Below the pieces are notes generated by a model, which saw only the letters and a list, made by a program, of their open reading frames with translations, was not told where the DNA came from and made no database searches. 35,218 nt of DNA, from positions 1 through 35,218 of the IMG/VR virus record IMGVR_UViG_3300020044_005149; one strand, given 5' to 3'. How positions within the stretch are numbered: the stretch's first letter is position 1; each line of letters begins with the position of its first letter. This DNA comes from a virus. Its lineage: Duplodnaviria > Caudoviricetes. Positions 26,450 through 34,389 of this stretch are shown piece after piece. The translations under genes were made by a program, and so were the position numbers.

Positions 26450-26776
26450 GTGGCTAAAGTAGATGAAAATAGCTCAAAAGCCAGTAATGGCAAGGGCGTT
26501 AGACTAGGTGGACGCCAAAAAGGAACTCCAAACAAGGACAAGCAAGAGTTGCTAGATATGATTCTGGCTACAGGCTGCAAACATCCAATTCAGGGACTCG
26601 CGGAGATTGCTAAAAAGTCGCATGAAAATGGCGATGTTGAGTTAGCGAGAGATTGTTACAAAGAGTTAGCGCAGTATGTCGCTCCGAAACGAAAAGCAGT
26701 TGAACACACTGGGCACATCGAAACTGAACAAGTTCAACTTGTAGTTGTCTTAGATTCTGAATCTGATGCAGATTAA
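26450..26776 (+). CDS. terS: Terminase small subunit
   Basis: 'GGRQKGTPNK' and 'LAQYVAPKRKAVE' motifs. GTG 26450 with GAGG RBS, directly upstream of TerL. Confidence 0.75.
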   Translation: MAKVDENSSKASNGKGVRLGGRQKGTPNKDKQELLDMILATGCKHPIQGLAEIAKKSHENGDVELARDCYKELAQYVAPKRKAVEHTGHIETEQVQLVVVLDSESDAD

Positions 26777-27995
26777 GCTAACAAAGCCACAAAGCCAAGT
26801 TTGGCGCGGAAAGACTCGATTTAAGGTGCTTATCTGTGGCAGGCGCTTTGGCAAGACCTTCTTTGCCTTAACTTGGTTGCTGGCTCAGGCTGGCGCTAAG
26901 AAAGGCATTTACTACTACATTGCCCCGTCTTACGTCATGGCGAAGTCAATAGCCTGGCGATTACTTAAAGAGCTTGGCGACGGCTTGTTTTCAGTCAAGA
27001 ACGAATCTGAGTTATTCATCGAGCTTCCAAACGGTTCAGTCATTCAGTTAAAAGGCGCTGAGAACCGCGACAGCTTGCGCGGTGTTTCTTTGGCTGGCGC
27101 TGTGCTGGATGAATACTGCTTTATGTCAGAAGAAGTCTGGACAGAGGTTGTAAGACCTGCAACATCGGATCAGCTCGCGCCAGTTGTTTTTATTAGCTCG
27201 CCAGCGGGCTGGAACTGGGCCAAAGACCTTTACGACTACGCCAGAAACGGAGATGACGAAAATTGGCAGGCGTGGACATTCACCACAGCAGACGGCGGCA
27301 ATGTGGCACTATCCGAGATTGAAGCGGCCAAGCGAGAGCTGCCAGAAAGAACATTTAAGCAAGAGTACCTTGCCAGCTTTGAAACTCTATCAAATCGCGT
27401 TTACTCAAACTTTGATCGTGGCATTAATATCAGCAGCTCACTAGCAACTGTAGACGATACAAAAGAGTTGTTCATTGGCATAGACTTCAACGTGTCGCCA
27501 GTTACGGCGGCTATCGGTGTTAAAGTTGTTGACCAGTTGCATATTATTGACGAAATAAGCATTGAGAACAGCAACACAACAGAGTTAGCGCAGGAAATTA
27601 AACGGCGTTACCCTAATCACAAAATTCGAGCGTATCCAGATCCAGCAGGCAGAGCTAGAAAAACTAGCGCGGCTGGCGGCGTTACTGATTTTGTTATTCT
27701 TGAGCAATTCGGATTTATCACTTTTGCACCAATGGCGCATGATCCAGTTGCAGACCGTATTAACACAGTGCAGGCAATGCTTAGAAATGCCAAAGGCGAA
27801 AGCAGGTTGTTTATCCATCCTCGCTGTAAAGAGTTGATAAAAGGCTTGGACGGCATGACGTATAAGAAAGATACTAATTTACCTGATAAATCGCTTGGCC
27901 TTGACCATATCACTGACGCTCTTGGTTATCTTGTATGCTATGAATTCCCAATCAATGCGCCTATGTCATCACCACTATCATGGGGCCGCAGATGA
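26766..27995 (+). CDS. terL: Terminase large subunit
   Basis: Walker A GRRFGKT, Walker B AVLDE, and nuclease motifs GIDFN and DHITDALGY. Confidence 0.95.
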   Translation: MQIKLTKPQSQVWRGKTRFKVLICGRRFGKTFFALTWLLAQAGAKKGIYYYIAPSYVMAKSIAWRLLKELGDGLFSVKNESELFIELPNGSVIQLKGAENRDSLRGVSLAGAVLDEYCFMSEEVWTEVVRPATSDQLAPVVFISSPAGWNWAKDLYDYARNGDDENWQAWTFTTADGGNVALSEIEAAKRELPERTFKQEYLASFETLSNRVYSNFDRGINISSSLATVDDTKELFIGIDFNVSPVTAAIGVKVVDQLHIIDEISIENSNTTELAQEIKRRYPNHKIRAYPDPAGRARKTSAAGGVTDFVILEQFGFITFAPMAHDPVADRINTVQAMLRNAKGESRLFIHPRCKELIKGLDGMTYKKDTNLPDKSLGLDHITDALGYLVCYEFPINAPMSSPLSWGRR

Positions 27996-28183
27996 TAGAC
28001 ATAGCCGATCATCAACCACATATCGTCGCAGCAACTGCCGAAGCGGTACACGTTATTTGTCTAACAGATATTCGCAGGCTCGCGCAAGGTTTGCCTTATA
28101 ACGGAGACAAGGCGATAATGATTCAAATACTAGCTACAGCATTGAGAGATTTAATCGATGAGCATGACAGCAGATCAACTTAG
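27992..28183 (+). CDS. Hypothetical protein
   Basis: 63 aa from ATG 27992, ATGA overlap with terL. Confidence 0.55.
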   Translation: MIDIADHQPHIVAATAEAVHVICLTDIRRLAQGLPYNGDKAIMIQILATALRDLIDEHDSRST

Positions 28184-29255
28184 GCATGAAGCAATGCTGC
28201 AACGAGTGGCAACGGGTTTGTTAAAGACCAATGTTTACCCGTCACTCGCAGAAGCCTATAAGTCAGTGCGCGAAATCCTGTTGGCTCAAGAGGAAATCAA
28301 GAGCGCGGCACAGCTTAATCGCATCACAAAAGCAATCAGCGCATCTATTACAGAGATTTACTCGACAGGCTGGCAAGAAGCCACTAAAGAGCTGCAAGGT
28401 TTGGCGGTTTACGAGTCGAGCTATTATGCAGAGCTTATTGGCAAGTGGAATGATGTTGAGCTAACAACGCCAGGCAGCAAGACGATACTTGATTATGTCA
28501 ATGCAGCTTTGATGGTGCTAGGCGAAGGCGAGCGCGCAAAGGTTGGTTCATGGGCTGAGTTTGTTAACAGCGCAGTCGATGAATACGCGCAACAGTACAA
28601 TAACTTGGTGAAGATTGGCTACACTCGCGGAGCAACGGTTCAGCAGATTGCAAGGTCATTAAAGACGTTCAACGATGGACTAGCCAAGCAGCAGGCAGAA
28701 GCATTAGCGCGAACAGGTGTTATGCACTATGCACAGAACGCGCGCGAAGCAATGGTCAGGGATAACAAGGATATTGTTGATAAGCGGTATTTCTTGGCGA
28801 TGTTGGACAATCGCACCTCGCTTGGATGCAGGTCGTTACACGGTCGAACATGGCAGCTAGACGATGACAGCTATGTCAGACTGCCCAGACATTTCCGTTG
28901 CCGTTCAAGTTATCTATATCTGCTAGAAGGTCAAACCAAACCAATCGGCATGGCTCCCGCTATTGGCTCAGGCGCAGATTACCCAACCGAAGGCGACGAA
29001 AAGCCAACATACAAAGGGCGCAAAGACTTAGGCACATTTAAAATTGAGCAAGTGCCTGCGGACATTTCGCCTGACGCATGGTTGCGCCAACAGTCGAGAG
29101 AGTTTGTTATTGACTCGCTTGGAAAGACTAGAGCAGAGCTATTTCTAGATGGTGGATTGAAGCTAGAAAGCATGAGTGACACATTCGGCAATCCATTAAC
29201 TTTGGACCAGTTACGCGAGCGAGACTCCGCCAGCTTTGCCAAAGCAGGCATTTAG
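28158..29255 (+). CDS. Head morphogenesis protein (SPP1 gp7 / Mu gpF family)
   Basis: 'ALART', 'A.LD.RTS..CRSL.G' and 'P.HFRCRS' motifs. Confidence 0.88.
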   Translation: MSMTADQLRHEAMLQRVATGLLKTNVYPSLAEAYKSVREILLAQEEIKSAAQLNRITKAISASITEIYSTGWQEATKELQGLAVYESSYYAELIGKWNDVELTTPGSKTILDYVNAALMVLGEGERAKVGSWAEFVNSAVDEYAQQYNNLVKIGYTRGATVQQIARSLKTFNDGLAKQQAEALARTGVMHYAQNAREAMVRDNKDIVDKRYFLAMLDNRTSLGCRSLHGRTWQLDDDSYVRLPRHFRCRSSYLYLLEGQTKPIGMAPAIGSGADYPTEGDEKPTYKGRKDLGTFKIEQVPADISPDAWLRQQSREFVIDSLGKTRAELFLDGGLKLESMSDTFGNPLTLDQLRERDSASFAKAGI

Positions 29256-29264
29256 CATTAAACT
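29236..29264 (+). promoter_or_regulatory. Sigma70-like promoter upstream of portal
   Basis: TTGCCA-17 bp-TAAACT. Confidence 0.55.
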
Positions 29265-29288
29265 ATTGAAAACCATTAAGGGCGCAAC

Positions 29289-30743
29289 ATGCAGCAGATT
29301 ATTTTACACGCACAAGCAGCATTGATGCTGCCGAAGATCCAAGAGACACGCACCGCTTTAGCTGGTGAGTTCTTTGTCAAGCAGGCTCAATACGATTTAT
29401 TGCCACATCCGAGCGATGGCGACAAGACGACGATTGACGCGAAGAATCGTTATGCAATCTACATTGCAAACGCTGAGTATCAAAACTATGGCGGCCAGAC
29501 GTTAGCAAGCCTGCTTGGTCGAATGAAGATTAAAGAGGCTGATATTCAAATTCCTGACAGCCTTGGCTACTTAATGGAATCGGCAGACAATGACGGCACA
29601 TCGTTAACGGGAATGATTGAGCAAACAGCATCGGAAATCATGCCGCTAAAGTGGCAAGTGCTTGTTGCTGATTATCTTGGGCTGTCAGATGTTGATCTGA
29701 CTGATGTATCAATCGAAGACGTTAAACGCGCCAATCCTCGCGCAACTATTAAAGCATACAACCGCGACAAGGTTGTGACATGGCATTTCACCCGCATCAA
29801 TGGTGTTATGCAGCTTGCTTACATCATGCTGCGCGAGGACGGTACAGAGTTCGACATCCAAACAGGCGCACATAAAGCGGTTGAGTCTTACTTAATCCTA
29901 GCGCTTGATGAAGATGGCAATTACTTTCAGCAGAAAGTGGTTAAACGCACAGCAGGGCTGGAAGAAGGCGAGCGCAGCTATGTTACTGTAAATAATGCAC
30001 CACTAACCTGGTTGCCTGTTGTGTTTGCATCGGATGAAGAAATCAAGGCTGGCGAACTGCCGAAAGAGCTTGGCTTCATTAGCCCGATTTGTGATTTGGC
30101 ACTTGCACGTTATCGTATGAGCGCTGAGTACAAAGAGACAATCCGCAACTTGCCGCCAACAACTTACGTTTTCGGTGCGCGTAGTAACTTTATGGAGCTA
30201 TTCGAGCAAGCTAACGGACGCAGCTACATTGAGACAGGTTCGGGCAGTCGCAACACGTTACCAGAGGGTTGCACAGTTGAGGTCATTGGTTGCGAGACAT
30301 CGGTTTCACCATACGAATCATACTTCGAGCGCAACACGCAAGAAGCCCGGCAGATGGGTGCAGTGCTTCAAGGTGATGTCAAAGCCGCAACAGCTACAGA
30401 GGCAGAAATTGCAGCAGCAGAGAATAATGCTCGATTAGTTGCGTTGGCTCAGGGCTTAGAATCGGCATATCAACGTGCAATCCTGTACTGCGGTATGTTT
30501 GAAGGCTTATGGGACGCTGACAACATCGAAGAAAACATGGATCAAGTCGTGATCAGCTTGCCTCGCACGTTTGCCAAGTCGAAGTTATCAGTTGATGAAG
30601 TGCGCGTGATTATGGAATTAGTACTTGCAGGACTCAAGCCGAGAGAGTTGGCGATTCGTGAACTAGCTGAGGGCGGTTGGTCGATGGATGATGCAGAATC
30701 GGTGCTAAATGCTATTGACAGCGGCGAGAATTTGACAGCTTAG
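29289..30743 (+). CDS. Portal protein (DUF4055-like)
   Basis: 484 aa with 'LPHP...RY..Y...A.Y.N....TL..L.G', 'N.D..G.SL' and 'TATEA' motifs, in the head module. Confidence 0.85.
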   Translation: MQQIILHAQAALMLPKIQETRTALAGEFFVKQAQYDLLPHPSDGDKTTIDAKNRYAIYIANAEYQNYGGQTLASLLGRMKIKEADIQIPDSLGYLMESADNDGTSLTGMIEQTASEIMPLKWQVLVADYLGLSDVDLTDVSIEDVKRANPRATIKAYNRDKVVTWHFTRINGVMQLAYIMLREDGTEFDIQTGAHKAVESYLILALDEDGNYFQQKVVKRTAGLEEGERSYVTVNNAPLTWLPVVFASDEEIKAGELPKELGFISPICDLALARYRMSAEYKETIRNLPPTTYVFGARSNFMELFEQANGRSYIETGSGSRNTLPEGCTVEVIGCETSVSPYESYFERNTQEARQMGAVLQGDVKAATATEAEIAAAENNARLVALAQGLESAYQRAILYCGMFEGLWDADNIEENMDQVVISLPRTFAKSKLSVDEVRVIMELVLAGLKPRELAIRELAEGGWSMDDAESVLNAIDSGENLTA

Positions 30744-30786
30744 CTTTACAGGCATAAAATCAAATAGCGCAAGTAGTGCTTGCGCT
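30732..30786 (+). promoter_or_regulatory. Near-consensus promoter of the scaffold-capsid operon plus downstream palindrome
   Basis: TTGACA(30732)-17-TAAAAT(30755), followed by AGCGCAAG-tagtg-CTTGCGCT at 30766-30786. Confidence 0.75.
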
Positions 30787-30810
30787 TAAATTAAACAGGG
30801 GATTGTATCC

Positions 30811-31488
30811 ATGCCATTAACACAAGAACAGTTTGAATCGTTGCCAGAATTTGTTAAATCCGACTACACGCAACACGAGGGCGCTTATGTGCCAGTTGCA
30901 GAGTTAAAGGTTGGCAAGCTGAAAGACAGCTTAAACGGCTTAGATAGCAAACTGAAAGAATTTGAAAAGAACGAACAAGCCAAACTTGAGGCGGCTCGCG
31001 CAGAAGCGCTAGAAAAGCTCAAGAAAGAAGGCAAAGTGGACGAGATTTTAGCCGATGCAGAACGGCGCATTGGTGAAACTAAAGCTCAGTATGAAGAACG
31101 GTTGCAGCGCATGACTACTGCGATTAAAACCGAAAAACGCTCAGCTTTAGTTGCAGACTTAGCAAGCGAATTGGCAACAGACTCAGGCAGCAAAGCATTC
31201 AAGCGCCTAGTTGCAGATCGTATTGACGTTGACCCAGAAACGGGCAAAGTAACATTTTTAAATGATGATGGCAGTGCCTCATCATTGGATTTTGCAGGGT
31301 TCAAAGCGGAGTTATTAAAAGACGATAGCTTTGCGCCACTGTTAAAAGCAGGCATCGTTACCAAAGGCGGTGGCAATGCTCAAGGCTCAACAGGTGCAGG
31401 CGGTGCTTCTTCTGTTGGCAATTTAGGCGGCTCACGCGCAGAACGCGAAGCAGCTTTAGCTCGAAAGTTTAAATTACCAATCAACTAA
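30811..31488 (+). CDS. Capsid scaffolding protein
   Basis: Charged coiled coil with a Gly-rich C-terminal linker, directly upstream of the major capsid gene. Confidence 0.85.
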   Translation: MPLTQEQFESLPEFVKSDYTQHEGAYVPVAELKVGKLKDSLNGLDSKLKEFEKNEQAKLEAARAEALEKLKKEGKVDEILADAERRIGETKAQYEERLQRMTTAIKTEKRSALVADLASELATDSGSKAFKRLVADRIDVDPETGKVTFLNDDGSASSLDFAGFKAELLKDDSFAPLLKAGIVTKGGGNAQGSTGAGGASSVGNLGGSRAEREAALARKFKLPIN

Positions 31489-31502
31489 CGGAGAGTATCA
31501 CC

Positions 31503-32474
31503 ATGGCATTATCACAAATGCAGGTTTTTAATGAATACATCATGCCAGCAACAATTGAAACGCTCGGCCAGATGATCGACAAGTTTAACGCTGCTTCAAA
31601 CGGCGCTATTCGCTTAACTACAACTGGCTTCAGCGGTGATTTCCTGCAAGAGTCTTTCTTTGCTGGCATTCACGCCGCACAACGCCGCGTTGACCGCTAT
31701 GCTGCAAACGGCACTCCATCTGTGACCGATTTGTCGCAACTGAAGCACAGCACAGTAAAAGTTGCTGGCGGCTTTGGTCCGATCCGCTTTGAGCCTTCGC
31801 AAATGACTTGGTTAACCATGCCAACTGCTCGCGGTATCGAAGTAGCATCACGCAACTTTGCAGAAGCGTTATTGGCTGACCAATTAAACAGCGCAATTTT
31901 AGCTTTACGCGCTGCGATCGCTGGCCAAGCTACTGCAACTAACGACGTTTCAGCAACTGCTGGTATCAACCAAATCAGCTTAAACGGCGCACACGCTAAG
32001 TTTGGCGACCGCTCAGGCGATTTAGTGGCTACCGTTATCAGCGGTGCAACTTATCACAAGCTGGTTGCAGATAACCTGGCGAACACTCCGCAATTGTTCC
32101 AAGCTCAGAACGTGCGCGTAGTTGACATCCTTGGTAAAGCAATGATTGTGACCGATGCGCCAGCATTACGCGTTGCAGGTACGCCAAACAAGGTGTATGC
32201 ACTGTCATTAGTTGACTCCGCCGCTATCGTTCACGATGCAGGCGATGTAATCAGTAACGTGCAAACCAACAACGGCAAAGACCGCATCGAAACCACGATG
32301 CAAGTTGATTACAGCTTCGGTCTTGGCTTGAAGGGTTACGCATGGGACGAAACAAACGGCGGCAAATCGCCAACCGACGCAGAGCTTGGGACCGCAAGCA
32401 ACTGGGATAAGGTTGCTACAGACATCAAGATGACTGCGGGCGTAGTAACAATCGGTGACGAAGCGAAAGCATAA
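31503..32474 (+). CDS. Major capsid protein
   Basis: 323 aa with 'E.L.Q...KFNAASNGAI.L' and 'GLGLKGYAWD..NGGKSPT..EL.T..NW.K' patterns of a siphophage HK97-fold capsid family. Confidence 0.92.
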   Translation: MALSQMQVFNEYIMPATIETLGQMIDKFNAASNGAIRLTTTGFSGDFLQESFFAGIHAAQRRVDRYAANGTPSVTDLSQLKHSTVKVAGGFGPIRFEPSQMTWLTMPTARGIEVASRNFAEALLADQLNSAILALRAAIAGQATATNDVSATAGINQISLNGAHAKFGDRSGDLVATVISGATYHKLVADNLANTPQLFQAQNVRVVDILGKAMIVTDAPALRVAGTPNKVYALSLVDSAAIVHDAGDVISNVQTNNGKDRIETTMQVDYSFGLGLKGYAWDETNGGKSPTDAELGTASNWDKVATDIKMTAGVVTIGDEAKA

Positions 32475-32479
32475 CTTAT

Positions 32480-32504
32480 AGCGGGGCTCGCCCCGCTTTA
32501 CTTT
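32480..32504 (+). terminator. Terminator-like hairpin after the capsid gene
   Basis: AGCGGGG-ctcg-CCCCGCT followed by TTACTTT. Confidence 0.65.
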
Positions 32505-32517
32505 CAAGAGGTGAGTT

Positions 32518-32664
32518 ATGGAAATCGTTTATTTACCGATGCCAGTTAGCGTTGAAGAAAAGCGCGAATGGAACAAAAAAGGCTTTAAGGTTGTCGATGA
32601 GTTTTATAAACCAGCCGAAGAACCAAAGCCAGAGCCAAAAGCCAAAAAGAAAGCCGCAGAATAA
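32518..32664 (+). CDS. Small capsid-adjacent protein (48 aa, not in ORF track)
   Basis: MEIVYLPMPVSVEEKREWNKKGFKVVDEFYKPAEEPKPEPKAKKKAAE. GAGGTG RBS. Confidence 0.8.
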   Translation: MEIVYLPMPVSVEEKREWNKKGFKVVDEFYKPAEEPKPEPKAKKKAAE

Positions 32665-32678
32665 GCGGCTTTTTCTTT
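32649..32678 (+). terminator. Rho-independent terminator
   Basis: AAAGCCGC-agaataa-GCGGCTTT followed by TTCTTT. Confidence 0.8.
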
Positions 32679-32710
32679 ACGCACTCAACAACTTGGCTTA
32701 ATATTAATGA

Positions 32711-32904
32711 ATCCACGGTTGGCGACAATGCCACGATGCAAGGTTAAAGACTTTGGCTGCTTCCTCAGCCTGCAATAGCTTCCTTGTTGAAATTGTCGTA
32801 GGCAGGTTCTTTCCGTCTGCATAGTACGGTTTCTACCTTTCCGCTTTAGCTGCTAAGTGCCGACATCGCAGCAAACAGGCCCGCTAATGCGGGTTTTGTT
32901 TTTT
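32711..32904 (+). ncRNA. Candidate ~190-nt structured small RNA (sRNA-B)
   Basis: Own promoter TTTACG(32676)-17-TAATAT(32699) and own terminator (32873-32904). No ORF with an RBS. Five helices are visible and TTCC recurs four times. Confidence 0.6.
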
Positions 32905-32911
32905 CTTGGGC

Positions 32912-32923
32912 TTGCGCTATACT
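32912..32923 (+). promoter_or_regulatory. TTGCGCTATACT promoter-like motif, copy 2
   Basis: Identical to 26401-26412 and ends in the -10-like TATACT. Confidence 0.6.
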
Positions 32924-32939
32924 AATTCAGCCGATGTTT

Positions 32940-32951
32940 CTCACGGATGAG
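32940..32951 (+). promoter_or_regulatory. CsrA/RsmE-type binding hairpin
   Basis: CTC-ACGGAT-GAG matches (A/U)CANGGANG(U/A) with GGA in a hexaloop. A second GGA lies in the downstream SD. Confidence 0.6.
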
Positions 32952-32989
32952 TCGCGGCATCAACCTAACTTAAAAGCGGAGTTTATTTT

Positions 32990-33070
32990 ATGCCAGCAGG
33001 ATCAACAGCAGTTACCAAGCCAGTAAAGCCAAGCTCACAAAAAAGCACAGGCAAGAAAACTAAAAAATGA
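32990..33070 (+). CDS. 26-aa basic peptide (not in ORF track)
   Basis: MPAGSTAVTKPVKPSSQKSTGKKTKK. GCGGAG RBS, and its TGA overlaps the next ATG (ATGA). Confidence 0.65.
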   Translation: MPAGSTAVTKPVKPSSQKSTGKKTKK

Positions 33071-33585
33071 GCAACTTCGAAGCGTTTGCTTTAGTTGTTG
33101 CCATTTGGCTTTTAACAGGCAGGGGTATTAACCTCTGCTTTGTTATCATCATTTATTACGCTTTATATCTAGCTTATCCAATCGTCGAGCAAGGCGCTAT
33201 TGTCCAAACTTTCTTTGGTGAGGCTGTGATTATTCACGCATCACAACTAAGCTTTGACACTATCGCTTTAGTACTTACCTTTGCAATATCAACTATTTAT
33301 CACAAATCTATAAAGATTTATTTGTGCTATGGTGCAATAATAGCTACAAGCGCTATCCTTAACGCTTTGATGTTGTTCGGAATTGCATACGGCATCGAGG
33401 AATTGTTTTATCAGGCGCATGCGTTTAGGCAGAATATAGCTGTGCCGCTTGATTTGTTGTTCGCGGCGCTAGGGAGTAGCAAAGGTGGACAATTCACAGA
33501 TTATTTTAGTCGCGGTTTGCTTAGTACTGGTCGCTCAGTCTATAATCGCTTTAATCGTTTTAGTAATTACTTTAAAGGCGTTTAG
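33067..33585 (+). CDS. Multi-pass membrane protein of unknown function
   Basis: 172 aa with 4-5 hydrophobic segments, more AT-rich than its flanks, and no obvious SD of its own. Confidence 0.75.
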   Translation: MSNFEAFALVVAIWLLTGRGINLCFVIIIYYALYLAYPIVEQGAIVQTFFGEAVIIHASQLSFDTIALVLTFAISTIYHKSIKIYLCYGAIIATSAILNALMLFGIAYGIEELFYQAHAFRQNIAVPLDLLFAALGSSKGGQFTDYFSRGLLSTGRSVYNRFNRFSNYFKGV

Positions 33586-33587
33586 CT

Positions 33588-33938
33588 ATGGCAGACATCA
33601 ACGAACTGAAAGTACTGGTGGAGCAGCACGACAGGGACATTCAAGCAATTCAAGCCAGCACTGCAAAGATGATCCAAGGGCAGGAGAAGTTAACGGATTC
33701 AATCAACGGTTTGACCCTTAGTTTGCAGCGGTACATTGACCGCCATGATTCTGTTGCGCGGGAATTAGTAGTTTTGCAATCTGATTTGAGGTCTTTAAGA
33801 GACAAGCACATTGAGAATCAGCCAATCATTGACGGCATCCGTGCGATACATGGTAAACTGTTGCTAGTGGTTATCTCTGCGCTTGCTTCGCCTGCTGCAA
33901 TCCTGGCGATGCTGGCTGCAACAACTAAAGGCGGCTAA
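33588..33938 (+). CDS. Coiled-coil protein with C-terminal TM helix (holin / XhlA-like)
   Basis: Heptad-repeat N-terminus and a hydrophobic C-terminus. Confidence 0.55.
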   Translation: MADINELKVLVEQHDRDIQAIQASTAKMIQGQEKLTDSINGLTLSLQRYIDRHDSVARELVVLQSDLRSLRDKHIENQPIIDGIRAIHGKLLLVVISALASPAAILAMLAATTKGG

Positions 33939-33940
33939 AC

Positions 33941-34387
33941 ATGGCAACAGTCGGTACAAACTCTTACATTACACAAGCGCAATACGAGGCCTACGCAGCG
34001 GAGCGCGGAATTACCGTGCATCATGCGACTGTTGATCACGATTTAATCCTATCCGCCGACTTCATCGACACTTACTATAACTTCAAAGGCTCAGCGGTTG
34101 ACGAAGCGCAAGCAATGAAACTACCGACTGATGAAGTTGCAATTGCTGACATCACGAAAGCTGCATTGAAAGCAATGGAGCTACAACAGGCAGACCGACT
34201 GTCATTAAATCCGACTACGCTTGCTGGCGGATTGATTAGCAGCGAATCTAAATCGCTTGACGGCGTTGGCTCTAAGTCTGTCACTTACGAGCAAGGCACG
34301 CAAGTAACATTCAAGCCAAGAGTACCTGAGCTTGATTTGCTGTTGCGCCCTTACACTAAAGGCAGTTCAGGCTTGCAACGAGGCTAA
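33941..34387 (+). CDS. Head-tail adaptor (DnaT-like family)
   Basis: 'NSYIT...Y..YA..RG', 'A.FID....FKG......QA..LP' and 'LLL.PY' patterns. Confidence 0.8.
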   Translation: MATVGTNSYITQAQYEAYAAERGITVHHATVDHDLILSADFIDTYYNFKGSAVDEAQAMKLPTDEVAIADITKAALKAMELQQADRLSLNPTTLAGGLISSESKSLDGVGSKSVTYEQGTQVTFKPRVPELDLLLRPYTKGSSGLQRG

Positions 34388-34389
34388 TC

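Noticed and set aside
32707-32778. 23-aa ORF (MNPRLATMPRC...) inside sRNA-B
   Set aside because: There is no SD, and the first ATG lies upstream of the predicted TSS.
32683-32822. Minus-strand 45-aa ORF (MQTERTCLRQ...) or a CsrB-like GGA-rich antisense RNA
   Set aside because: The RBS is poorly spaced, and the promoter, T-tailed terminator and G-U pairs all favour a + strand RNA. Not fully excluded.
32711-32960. tRNA, hammerhead or HDV-like ribozyme
   Set aside because: No T-loop/cloverleaf, no CUGANGA/GAAA core, and no nested double pseudoknot that I could build.
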